A DNA stretch of 64,000 nt from a virus: the IMG/VR virus record IMGVR_UViG_3300045125_000073, positions 24,258 through 88,257 of that record. One strand, written 5' to 3'. A program made the position numbers and the translations under genes. The first letter of the stretch is position 1, and every line of letters starts with the position of its first letter. Shown one piece after another: positions 20,877 to 32,135 of this stretch. The notes under the pieces were generated by a model. The model was not told the origin of the DNA, made no database searches, and saw only the letters and a program-made list of their open reading frames with translations.

Positions 20877-22379
20877 TGGACTCCTTTGGTAACTGAATAG
20901 ACACAATCTTGTAAGGAAAGCCTTCATTAGTATATATTTTAAACGTGCATCTAAATGATGCATACCGTGGTTTACATGTAGCTTTTATAACATAAGATCA
21001 TCTGCAATATCAAACAATTTCATGTGTTGTTTTGTTTCACTTTTACGTAAACCTCTGACCTATTGATTGTAAAACTCGAACTACAGATTTAGATGGAGAC
21101 GCAAAAACAATGTTGTGAATGTTCTTAATATTTATGCCTGTGCTACATGTACCGTACGAAGCTAATAAGAACCGAATCAGATCCTTTATCAACAGCTTTT
21201 CGTATTTGTTCACGCGACTCTACTTCCGTTTCTCCGTGAATGAAATACACAGGTTTGTCTAGTTCTGATCTGTAACAGTTCATGAAGTGGTTTACCTTGC
21301 AGTTCTACAAAGTTGAACAGAACTAGTGTATTACCTGGTAATTTTTTACATAGATTTTTTAATAAATTCGTTTACGTCGATGGATTACTTACAACCCAAC
21401 GAATCTCGTCCACATACATCATTTTTTTGGTTGTTTGAATGTCTTCAGGACTGTACTGAAGTTGCAAGCAGTCAATACTAATTTGCGACAACAGATCCTG
21501 ATCTATAAGTTTTTTGGTTGTTGTGGTGTGATACGTTGGACCAAACAGCCCCTCAATTACCAGTTTATGTGTTTGGGTACCGTCTAGTGTACCGGTTGTA
21601 CCTATTCTGTATTTGGTTTTTTTAGCCTTACTCATGATTGAGGTTAGTGACTTGGCTTTAAACAAGTGGCACTCGTCACCAAACACTCCAATAAAATCGT
21701 CAAAATACTCGTACGGCTGATTGTAGATGCTTTGCCACGTGGAAATAATTATTCTTTTAGTGGAGGTTTTGTCTTTTCCGGACATCACAGTATGAATATT
21801 TCGATCCGCCTTCCACGTGTCTTGTTTGGAATAATCTCGAAAATCTGCCAACATCTGGAGCCACCAGGCTGGTTGTTGGAACAATTATTAGTAGTTTTCC
21901 GGTTGGGTTTTGGTCTAGCATCCAGCGACACAGCAGGTAGATCATCATAGACTTACCGGAGCCCGTAGGAGACACTAGAAGGGCCCTAGAACGCTCTAGG
22001 GCGTGTTGTACGGCCTCTATCTGGTAGTCGTAGGGTTGGACATGCGTTTGCCTCCTGCAGATAGGGGTAAACCGTCGTATAAACTCCTTGACCTTTTCTG
22101 GATTTAGGATATCGTATGGGGCAGGAATATGCTCCCAAGTGTACCCACTGATCTTTAGCAAATTTAACTACGTGGTCTATAAGACCTGCATATATAGTCT
22201 GGGTGTACAGATTAAACAAGCGAATTTTACCGTCCCAGAGACCGTTTTTTAAATGCAGGGGTGTATTGAAAATTAGGAACAGTAAACGTAAAGTATCCGT
22301 TCAGCTCTTTGGCTAAAGAACGATCACAATCTATTTTTAAATTAACCGCATCCGGTTGTGTGATCGTAATGTCAGCCAT
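20854..22379 (-). CDS. uvsW: RNA-DNA/DNA-DNA helicase UvsW; frameshifted
   Basis: ALLVSPTGSGKS, LIIVPTTSLV, FGDECHLFKAKSL, IGTTGTLDG, LVIEGLFGP. Confidence 0.95.
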
Positions 22380-22826
22380 TACACTCCTTGGGTAAATTTA
22401 AGCCAATCTATGATTGAACGAATTTGCCATTGGCGATTGTTTACTATTTTAACAACATCTTCCAGATAATTAACCTTTTCTTGTTGAAAATTTACTTTTT
22501 CAGATGCTTTGATATAATCGTTAATCAGATTCAATCAGTCTGGTCTGCTTCAGTTTTTAAGAACGTTTAGTTCAAACGGTTCCCAACCGAACTGGTGATC
22601 AGCTCTTCTTTGCTCATGCGGCCTGTATAGTATAACCATTTATTTCGACGAAGTACAGACAGCTCACTTTCCATTCGTTTAAGCTTTAAGTTTTTCGTCC
22701 ATATACATAACCAGATATTTGTTATGAATTTGTGGAGTTCTGGACGATTCGGCGTCTAGAGCTGTTTGATCTATTTCTAGATCTTTTTTAATCATATTTT
22801 TTAATTCATCCAAGATTCATACTCAT
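22379..22826 (-). CDS. uvsY: Recombination mediator UvsY; frameshifted
   Basis: KKDLEIDQTALDAESSRTPQIHNKYL...WLYYTG...NNRQWQIRSIIDWLKFTQG; between gp3 and uvsW. Confidence 0.85.
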
Positions 22827-22854
22827 ATTATACACTAAATTTAAGGAGTTTCAA
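22827..22854 (-). promoter_or_regulatory. Sigma70-like promoter upstream of uvsY-uvsW
   Basis: TTGAAA-N16-TATAAT immediately upstream of the uvsY start. Confidence 0.5.
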
Positions 22855-23339
22855 GTCTTTCTATAGTATATCCTGTATGTGCAAACTTAACAGTAGCAAG
22901 AGCTTCTGTTGATGTTGGTGTATTTACTGAAAACTTTATTCCACTTACTGTTTGTGGAAATACATGTTTAAATTGTACTTTAATTTTTGGTTTGTACGAA
23001 CTGTTTGTTATTAATAATGTAGCACCTGATGTTTTTTGAGAATACGGCAGAGTGGTATGGTCTGATATGTAATTACCAGTAGTTTGTATCCATTCGTGTA
23101 ATTCTAACCAATTCTTGTAAATCTTCGTCTACACGAAACGTTAATTCCAATTCTTCAAATCTAAACGCACCTGTTGGAATTTTTACAGGATGACCCAGAT
23201 TCGTGGGTTGGTCTGCTACACCAAATGCTATTCCTGGAAGGTTTGCTGTTTGACAAAAGTAAACCATGTTTGGTACTTTATCCAATATAAATTGAAAATA
23301 ATTTACCAGCAAAACATTATGGGTTTCTGGTGTTGCCAT
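22841..23339 (-). CDS. gp3: Tail tube terminator / tail completion protein; frameshifted
   Basis: NYFQFILDKVPNMVYFCQTANLPGI...FEELELTFRVDED; follows gp23. Confidence 0.88.
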
Positions 23340-23344
23340 AATAA

Positions 23345-23351
23345 TATTTAG
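23345..23351 (-). promoter_or_regulatory. T4-type late promoter (CTAAATA) before gp3
   Basis: Motif 5 nt upstream of the ATG. Confidence 0.55.
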
Positions 23352-23356
23352 GTAAA

Positions 23357-23387
23357 CGAAAAGGGCTCCCTTTTAGGGGGAGCCCTT
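23357..23387 (-). terminator. Rho-independent terminator after gp23
   Basis: Inverted repeat AAGGGCTCCC / GGGAGCCCTT followed by a short T tract on the minus strand. Confidence 0.85.
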
Positions 23388-23413
23388 AACGTTAGGTTTA
23401 GTTACGGTTTAGA

Positions 23414-24901
23414 TCAGAGACCGAAACCGGTGTTGCCGTGGAGGTTGTTAACGGCGAAGATGCGGTAGTATTGATTGCCGCCGACAGTGTCTGATGTCAG
23501 TGCTTTCTAGAGAAGGGGTTAGCTACCATGCCGTAACGAGTCTTGAAGCCGATCTTGGGTTGGAAAGTGTTTTGATCGACTGCACGTACCATTTGTAGCG
23601 GTACGTATGGGCAGTAGAACACGCCAGCGTCGTATGGGCTTGCATCCACGATAGCCTACCAGGGCAGAAGTTTGCACCTAGAGTGGCGTATGGATCGATA
23701 TAAACCTTGAACTTACCGTTGAGGATACCAGCAAAGGTGTTGCCGGTGTCATCGACCTCTAGTTGAGGTTGTAGGGCAGGGGTGAGGTTTAGGAAGCCAC
23801 CCATGGCGAGAGCTGAAGCAACGTCGCTTGAGCAAACAACGAAGTTACCCTTACCACGGCGAGTTTCCTTGGCGATTACGTTGGCTTCACGTTCAATTTG
23901 GAACATGAGACCACGGAAACGTTCGGCACTCCAACGACCGTCTGAGTCGGTGTTGAGATCGTATACACCGGAAGTAGTCAAGATCGGTCTTGTTGTGCAA
24001 CCGGCTCTTGAGCATTGCGGTATAGAGTGTAGATTAGCTCGCGGTTAATTTCGCTTAGAATTTCGGTGCTAAGGATGTTAGCAAGTTCGCTCTCAGCGTC
24101 GAGACCGTGAACAGCCTTGAGGTCTTGAGCTAGTTCAGTGGTGTACTCAGCCTTTAGAGCACGAGTACTGAGCTTCCACTGCAAGACGCTCAATGCTGAA
24201 TGCCATTTCGTTGAAGGCCTTGGTGGATCGAACCTAAGTTTTCAGCATCGCTAGTAAGCATACCACGGAAGTGTGTTCATGTTAAATGCAGCTAGTCGCG
24301 GATACCAAAGTTTGGACCTTGGACTTACATCCGCCGCTGGTTACCACCTGTAGCACCGATGGGGTTGATACCACCAGTAGCAGAGAATGCAGCACCACCA
24401 GAAGTATTACCAGAACCACCGAACTTGAGCGTATAGCTTCTTGGAAAGAGCTTCACGGCCTTGCCCGCCAGCAGAACCAGCTACATCGCCGCGTGTGCCT
24501 TGACCGGTGTAGCGACTACGCATGGCGAAAGATGAGGCCGGTTGGTGCACTCATTGGTTGTACGCCAGCAAGATCGTAGGCCATTAGGTTTGGCATGCTA
24601 CGACGAACTAGGCTGATTAGGATAGGATCGTAACCTGCGATGCTTGCTGAGCAGCTGCACCAACGGTTCCGCTACCACCGGTATTGCTGCGGCATTGCCA
24701 CGCCCATGGCAGTTGTTTGGACCTGTCTCAGCAAGATATTGCTCACGGAGAGCTTTCTCTTGATTCTCTAGTAGCATAGCAGTGCACTTCTTCTTGTAAC
24801 TGTCGTGAATTTCTGGAAGTGCCTCGTGATTTAGTAGAGGATTCCATTTTTCTACGAGAGTATCGTAGGGGGTTGTGTTTGCAAAAGTCCATATTTGACA
24901 T
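23414..24901 (-). CDS. gp23: Major capsid protein; many frameshifts
   Basis: QPMSAPTGLIFAMR, TRALKAEYTTELAQDLKAVHGLDAESELANILSTEILSEINRE, GRWSAERFRGLMFQIEREAN. Confidence 0.97.
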
Positions 24902-24927
24902 TTTAAGTTTCTCCTTGATTTGTAATT

Positions 24928-24935
24928 TATTTATG
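24928..24935 (-). promoter_or_regulatory. T4-type late promoter (CATAAATA) before gp23
   Basis: Motif ~27 nt upstream of the ATG, with an AGGAG RBS. Confidence 0.7.
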
Positions 24936-24937
24936 GT

Positions 24938-25874
24938 TTAGTAAGTTTTGGTTTGACGAGACAGAGCGTTCATGTATACAGACATAGGACCTTCAGATAC
25001 GTCTCTGAAACGTTCTTTTGTTCTGTAAGTACTTCTGGTTCTTTAGCAGCTACAGGAGCAGCTTTAAGATAGTTTTCTTTAAGAATAGTGAGTTTGTTTT
25101 GGAAATCTTCTGCACTGTTGAATTCCACACTCTCGGCTAGTGATGCTAGTCTCTCAGCGTCAACGTGTGACATATCAGCAACAGTCTCTAAGAAAATTGC
25201 GCGGGCTTTGACCTGCAGTGATTTCGTTTAGTTTAGCTCAACATTATTCTTGATTTGCTCGTTGAGGGCTTCTTCAAGTTGGACTGTTCTCATTCAAACA
25301 GATCTTCAAGAACGTCGTGCTTCTTCTCGGGAACTTCGATGTAGTGGGTTTCAAAAAGATTCTTGAGTCCACCGATAAAGCTCTCAGCGATTTCGGTGCG
25401 AATACCAGCTTTCAACAGCAAGCTTGTTTTCTTTTAACCACTCTTCTACAACGTAGTTGAGATACTCGTCTAGACGGGTAGCAAGTTCGTTTACAGTTTT
25501 GCTGACTTCTTGTTCTAGATGATTGCAGCACTTTCACGAAGAACGTCTTCACGAATAGCAGCGGTTCTTTCGTTTAATGGCAGCTTCAAAAACTACTGAA
25601 GCTTTAGTTCATAAACTCTTCTGAACAGATTTTCGCCACCGAAGAGATTTTGAAGGTGCTCATTACGCTGGTTTCAGATTTTCTTCTGTTACAGGAGCGG
25701 CAGCAGTTGCGGGTGCTGCGCCACCTGAGCTTGAGGCTAGCTTGATTCTTAGCAGCAGCTCCTTCAACAGCACTGGTGTCTAGTGTGCCTAAGAAACGAA
25801 CCACGGCCAGATGCGTCCATGTCACCTTTTCCGGTGGCATCCATTACTACGGGTTTGTTTTGTGCTTTTTTCAT
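24938..25874 (-). CDS. gp22: Prohead core scaffold protein; frameshifted
   Basis: AVFEAAI, EYLNYVVEEW, FIGGLKNLFETHYIEVP, ERLASLAESVEF; directly upstream of gp23. Confidence 0.88.
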
Positions 25875-25895
25875 ATATTTTTCCTAATACTAGTT

Positions 25896-25903
25896 TATTT
25901 ATA
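25896..25903 (-). promoter_or_regulatory. T4-type late promoter (TATAAATA) before gp22
   Basis: Exact T4 late consensus ~21 nt upstream of the ATG. Confidence 0.75.
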
Positions 25904-25949
25904 TTTTAATAAATTTTAACAATTTGATACGTTTTATCTACGGCTTCCA

Positions 25950-27129
25950 GCTCTAGGATCTAAGAACGCTTTTTAAAATAGTTCTTCACCCTCATCGGCT
26001 AAAGCTTTAGTGTACGATTTTAATAACGGAACGAGCTCAACTCCTGCTACTGCGCTAACAGATTTTGGAATTTTAGGAGCCATGCTTGCGGCCAGTCCTG
26101 CTCCTCCACCCAGCACAGTTTCTAATTCCAGGAAGAGCTGCAATACCAGCCGCAACTCCACCTGCTGCTCCTAATAGATTACGATAGTGTCTGACGATAT
26201 TGTTGTTCTGATTTTCCGTCCCAACCAAGAGCACCTACACGACCACTAGCCACCTGAAGCTACTTGTTGATGGAGGAATTACAGCAAGACTATCGCCCAA
26301 TTAGGGCTTTCTTCTTTTTGCTTTCCTCCGCCAGCTCCACCATTGCTCCTCCTGGTATTTTACCACTTTTGGGACGTAACGATTGTTGGAGTTTTGTTGG
26401 TGTTACTCCATCTGGAGTTGGGCTATACGGTCCTTGACGGTGTTGGAGTAGGTTTTTGGTTGATGGGACCACCGGGTGCCCAATGGCAATTTGGGAAACG
26501 GGTTGCTGGGGTCGAAAGCATCGCTTAAGTAGTGCTTTTAATCTCGCTTGGTCTAAACTGCATTTTAATTGTACTCTTCACCAATAGTCCGCGCTCCTTT
26601 ATTCATTTTATTTACAAACTCTCCGTGATTGCTACGTGTAGCTGCTTCGTATTTTTGTTGTGACTGTCGGTAACGCTCTGGCTGAGGTCGTGTGTCATCG
26701 CTGGTTGTGCTTCTGGTTGAGCACAGGCTTGAGCTTGCAGGTTGTGTGTCATATGGCTGTGTATTTGAGGTGGCGGCTTGGATTTAGTCGTGTGGCGTTA
26801 CTGGTGGAACATCCTCTGGTTTGTTCCGTCTGGCGTGGGAACTTGTATTCACCTTCTGCACGAGTCAGCAGAACCACCAAGTTGACCATGGCAAAGGAGA
26901 CGGTCTGTTAGTATTAAATGTGGCTTGTGTTGACTTTTGTGTCCGGTTCTGGTGCTGTTGTGAGTTTGCTGTTGCAGGTGCTAGAAGTTTTTGTTGAGGC
27001 TTTATAGTGCCCACCAAACAATTTAAGCTGAATCTGTTTTGTTGTGATTAGCTAACACCACCAAACACCAAAGGATTCTGGTTGTTTGTAACTACGGCTT
27101 CAGCTAAATGTCTAAAATCCAACTTTCAT
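25950..27129 (-). CDS. Low-complexity P/Q/T/A-rich hypothetical protein(s) between gp21 and gp22; heavily frameshifted
   Basis: ATG overlaps the gp21 stop; fragments PQPERYRQSQQKYEAAT, LGGGAGLAASMAPKIP; number of genes uncertain. Confidence 0.45.
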
Positions 27130-27778
27130 TTTAATTTCTTCAAGAAATCTTCAAACAATTGATTCCTTTGGATTCTAACTGTCTGGCAGACGCTACGAGA
27201 CAGTTCACGATGGTACGCATCAATTTCTTTTTCTACTAAAATGCCGTTATTCCAAATCCATTCTTTACCTTCCATAATACCGTTAACAAACGCATTAGGA
27301 GCAGAAGGATCTGCAACAATATCTACAGCAGAAAGCATAAAATCTGGTTGAACTTCATTATAACCGTTCTTATTGTTTTAGTGAACCCATACCACGAGTA
27401 GACACGCCTAAACGAGCACCTTCACTAATAAGATTTTTTACAATCTCGCCCATAGGGAGTACTCATTACTTTAGCTTTTCCGTACACATCACTACCATTA
27501 CAGTTTAATTCTTTAATAATAATAGCAACACGATCCAAATTAACTGTAGGACCCGATGGATGATTCAGTTCACCAAAAGCACGACTGTTGTTTGACGTAC
27601 TCTTTAGTGTAACGAGCAACTTCATTGAAAAGTAATGTGTTTAGGATACATTCTTTTGTTTCTGATTGAGGGTGTCCGCTTGCATGAACGTCCCCTCAAT
27701 AAAATAATTTTTACTACCATCGCACGAAGCTTCGGTTAAAAATTCTACCTGCTCAACTGTTTCGGTTATTAACTTCAT
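27126..27778 (-). CDS. gp21: Prohead protease; frameshifted
   Basis: MKLITETVEQVEFLTE, RAFGELNHPSGPTVNLDRV, AVDIVADPSAPNAFVNGIMEGKEW. Confidence 0.95.
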
Positions 27779-28147
27779 TAGTCTTTCTCGTCTTCTTCAG
27801 ATTCTTCGAATCTAGTTTCCTCATCTTCTTGGTCTTCGGACTCACTTTCTTCTTCTTCCTCAGATTGCTTCCTCGTCCTCGGTTTCTTCCATCATCTTCA
27901 CTGCCTCCATTTAGAAGCCCATTCGAGTTGATGCTTTTTCCCAATCCAGAAACTTCACCGTCTTTATTCTTATCTGCCTTTTCAGCATCCCATTTTTCAA
28001 AAAGGGTAGGAGCGTATTCATCAAATTTAGTTTCCAGAGCCGAAGCTAAACGTCGATTTAATTCATCATTAATTGCAGTTTTAGCTTGAGCTAAATTTTC
28101 ATTACTATTAAACCGATTAATGATGTAATGTTTTTATTGTCTTCCAT
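27775..28147 (-). CDS. Prohead core protein, gp67-like; frameshifted
   Basis: Helical N-terminus (NENLAQAKTAINDELNRRLASALETK) and an acidic tail; position between gp20 and gp21. Confidence 0.55.
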
Positions 28148-28157
28148 GGTTATTCCT

Positions 28158-28558
28158 TATTTTTTATATTGAGCTTTGGCAAGCTTTAAAGATCTATTAA
28201 ATGCCTCTTGTGATTCAAATAAGAGTTTTTAATCTTTCTTTGTTATCATTATTTAGATTTTCATATAATTTAGATACCATTTTAGCTTCTTCTTCTGTAA
28301 GAATCCCCATATTTCCGTCTTTGCTTATAGGTACTTTCTGGTATAAATGTATCTTTTACTTGTGATGGCGCTACTGGTTGTTTTTCTGGAGTATTAATGT
28401 GTTGTTCTAATATTTCAAGTATTTTTTTACTTTCTTCTTTATAAATTTTTCTATTAAACCAGCAAGCCCGATATCGTAGCTCTTCTTGAAGAATTGCTTT
28501 AAACTTATCCGGCGTGGCCTCTTAATATCATTTCTACCAGTCTTTTTGTTATACTCAT
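28158..28558 (-). CDS. Hypothetical head-module protein; frameshifted
   Basis: DKFKAILQEEL...LYENLNNDNKERLKTLIESQEAF; directly after the portal gene. Confidence 0.55.
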
Positions 28559-30181
28559 TGCTGTGGTTCTTCTTCAGTTGGTGTTTCTTCCTCTGGTTCT
28601 TCCACCAAGAAAGCATCTGCTGATACTGTTGCATTTCTTGATTCTCGATTTGTTTCATGAGTTCTCTGTTTATCTGAGCATCAATTTCCAGTATTTCTTC
28701 TTCGGTTTGCTTTAATAAATTCTTTACTGAATGTACTCGTTAGAGATGAGAATCTGCCTATAAACGGAGTTAACTGCCGCTATTATATCTATTCTTTCAC
28801 GTAGATATATCGTTATTTTTTAGCTCCAGTAAAATACGAGTCGTTATTAAACCGGAAAGTAATATCTTGAGATATACGATTCCAGTCTTCTTCGGTCATT
28901 ATTCCTTTTAAGATTAACTTGGGTTCTTAGTGATATCTAAGAACATTCCACAAAAGCGGATGGCGTAGACCTGATCTATAAATTTATTGAACCGAACTTC
29001 GTCGCGTGTGATTTCTGCAGAATCGCCCCATGTTAAATCCGCTTTCGCCCATCATACGCGATAAGAGGAATACTTAATGCACGGAAGAGTTTTTGTTGTA
29101 GATACAATACGTCTTCCATCTGGCCAAGATTTTGGCCTGCCGTCTAGAGTACTAATTCTCAGTTCCACGCCCACCTTCACGACGAGGCATCCAAAAATCT
29201 TCAAGCATGCTCATATGGTTTCGTTCATCTCTAATTTGACCGGTAGCAGTGATCGTAAATGATCTTGTTACGATAACTGATTCATAATCTCTCGCAGATA
29301 CTGTTCGGCTTTTTGTTTGGGAAGATTGGCCTACGTCTACGTAAAATATACGACGTTCAGGAGCACGAGATATGCGATAAATTAGCAACAGCGTCTTCAA
29401 TCTGACGCAAGCAGGTTTAAGTGGCCTTACTACCTTTTGCAGATATCCCACTACATCGTTTGGTAGCAGAATCTACTATACCTGGAATGATCGCAAGCAA
29501 CAGTATCTGGTGCTATCTTTCCAACCAGTACCTGATGTTGGGAAACTGCATCCTTATCGGTATCGGTGTAAACATAATACTCTTGGATACTCTTTTCCAG
29601 GAGCAACAGGTCCTACTCCACCGTAATACGATCTGTCCTTTTCACCACCTTTGCGAATCTTTTTTAATCTTTACGGGATCAAATCGGTACCAATTCTGTG
29701 ATGCCTTTTCGTAGATCGTTTCTTGTCTGTCTCTTCATAGTAAAATAGTTTCAGAATCAATAATACCATCGTCGAAATATGTCTGTAGCTTTTATTAGAG
29801 AAAAATCTAACAGTTTAAGTATATGATTAAACTCCAGAGTATACTTTGGTCTTGATTGTTTCTGAAAGATTTACATGGTCTAAATTTAATTTTACTGGCT
29901 TTCTGTCTTGGTCTAACACAACATTGCTTCATTCACAATATCTTCAATTGCAGCATCTACTTCAGGATACAAGCGCCATTGTGAACGGTAGGGGCTGTTG
30001 AATCATCCATTCGGTTTTCGTCGCGGATTGCTCCGGAGAAATCCACGTATGTACCAAGACTCCACCGGTTTCTAACACACGCAAGAACCGTCATACGAGT
30101 CTGGAGTAATAAACATCCTTATTCTCTACAGCTCGTGTTGTTTCTTTTACCGATAGAAAAACCAAACAGTTCTAATTCCAT
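28555..30181 (-). CDS. gp20: Portal vertex protein; many frameshifts
   Basis: MELELFGFSIG, LLIYRISRAPERRIFYVDVG, MLEDFWMPRREGG, EITRDEVRFNKFI. Confidence 0.95.
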
Positions 30182-30214
30182 ATATTTACACCTTAAATAG
30201 TATGCCTATTTCAA

Positions 30215-30876
30215 AATGAGGAAACACTTATAAAGCATAATAGCATATCACGGTAACACCAAAAGTTGCTATAAATGATATTGTCTTGCGCCCTTGTCAC
30301 AGTTTCTATTGTTGGCCCAACTACTATAGGCGGCCAGCAGTTGTGAGAAGATACAAAATCTACGAATGATAGTAGCAGCACCATTAGTATCTGGTTGCTC
30401 TACAGTCCATGCAGATCTCACCATTACCACGTTAGTCTGTTTGAAAAATGTGCAGATGGATCATTTGGATTTGTTGTACAGTATTATTTACGTGCGAATT
30501 TATACGTTCACTCCAGTTGGTGAAATGCTTTATATAAATTTATTCCACCTAGAAGAATTGTGGATTTTCATCTAAAACTGTTGTTATATTCCACGGACTG
30601 CTGAAGATTCTGTCTCCGGGATACGCACGGTTCTTCCTCTGCTGGTTTATGGGTATTCCACCAACCTGGCAGATCCCGGAACTGAAGCACTTCGCACGTA
30701 GTATGTACCACCACCATGCTAGCAAGATCCGTGTTTGCTAGAGATCCGCTATTCTATATTACTCTACCTAGTTTTCCACACACCACACACATTTCGGTAA
30801 TTTTTAAATCGGTTTAGTCTGGTTCCGCCGCCAAATTGCGTTATAAAAATCTGTTGTTAGAGTGGTCGTTAGCCAT
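30215..30876 (-). CDS. gp19: Tail tube protein; frameshifted
   Basis: FGGGTRLNRF, SSVPGSARLVGIP...PGDRIF, WTVEQPD, WPAAYSS; between gp18 and gp20. Confidence 0.75.
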
Positions 30877-30887
30877 GCAAATCCTTT

Positions 30888-32086
30888 TTAGCTAGTAAAT
30901 ATTTGTGATTCTGTTGTGTTTATGATTGTTATTTGTATTTGTTTCAGCAGCAAATACTGGTTGAACATAAACGTCTGCAACAAGTTTGTTTTCTTGAACC
31001 ACAGAAGCTGGATTGTTTATTTCATTACATACAATTTTAAATCGGTCCAACGCCATTCTGAAATGTTAGATTTTCTAAAATTGTTGTTGCATTATTCACA
31101 AATCTTTGTCTAGTGTTTGCATTGTTTATTTCGCTATAAAAGACTTTGAGCGACTTTTAACAGTTCTTTCTTAAGATATGAAACCATAAGCATTACGTTA
31201 ATTTTATCAAGATAGTTTAGAGAACCGGTATATGCTGTTTGATTTCCAAAGAAAAAGGTTCCTTCTCCAGGAAAGTTTTAACAGGGTTAACTCTTCCATT
31301 TAATAAATTAACAGAGTCTGATTCAGAGAAATTTTGTTGTAGTGACAGTATTCCTTTGATTGCTCCTCTATTTTTTCCAGCCAGGAGGTGCCCATATTCT
31401 CGCATCTCTGTGCAGATCTTACTAATACATCCCGCCACATCCGGACTAAGATTAGCCTCTCGTATAGTGACAATGTTGTTTATTCCTGCTGTAAATTCTT
31501 TCCTTCCGGCTACGTAAATAACATGTTCACTTCCTGTTGTATATACCGAAATCCGACACGTGATTATCGTATGCTTGAGTTAATGGGGTTGTTGTATTTT
31601 ATTGTTATTACCAATAATAGCAACACAGTCTTGTCTAGTAGTAGCAATATTTACAGCTGCTCCAGAGAACACGTATTACCGGCATCAAAAATAGCCTGAA
31701 TATCGACTAAATCTTTATTGTGTAATGGAGTACTAGACGCGCAGAATCCTCCACCGTTTATAAAATAATGATCACCAGTAGAGCCGGTTCCACCAATATA
31801 ACACTTGCCTCCGTATAGTAAATAATTGTGTACTGCCCACCACTCACCAGCCCAAGATCCTGTAGGACCGTTCAGTATAGCCTTTTTGGTTTAGTCTAGG
31901 CTAGCCATTCATTATAACTTGCTGACGTTTATAAGACCTATTTCTGTTTCTGAATCTACCATTTGTACCAGTAGTTCCTAGAATTGGAATTAATCCATTA
32001 TAAGAAATAACTCCAGCAACCAAAGGAGATTGAGGATCTGAGACAGAACCAGACGTAAACAGTGATGCTGATGTGTTGACTGCCAT
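30888..32086 (-). CDS. gp18: Tail sheath protein (short, ~400 aa); frameshifted
   Basis: EWWAVHNYLLYGG, SPDVAGCISK, PAGKNRGAIKG, GRVNPVKTF, DKINVMLMVSYLKKEL, KIVCNENNNPASVVQENKLVADVYVQP. Confidence 0.8.
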
Positions 32087-32116
32087 TATTTCTCCTAAAA
32101 ATCAAATTTTCTACAA

Positions 32117-32124
32117 TATTTATA
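32117..32124 (-). promoter_or_regulatory. T4-type late promoter (TATAAATA) before gp18
   Basis: Exact consensus ~30 nt upstream of the ATG, with an AGGAG RBS. Confidence 0.75.
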
Positions 32125-32135
32125 TTTTTAAAAGA

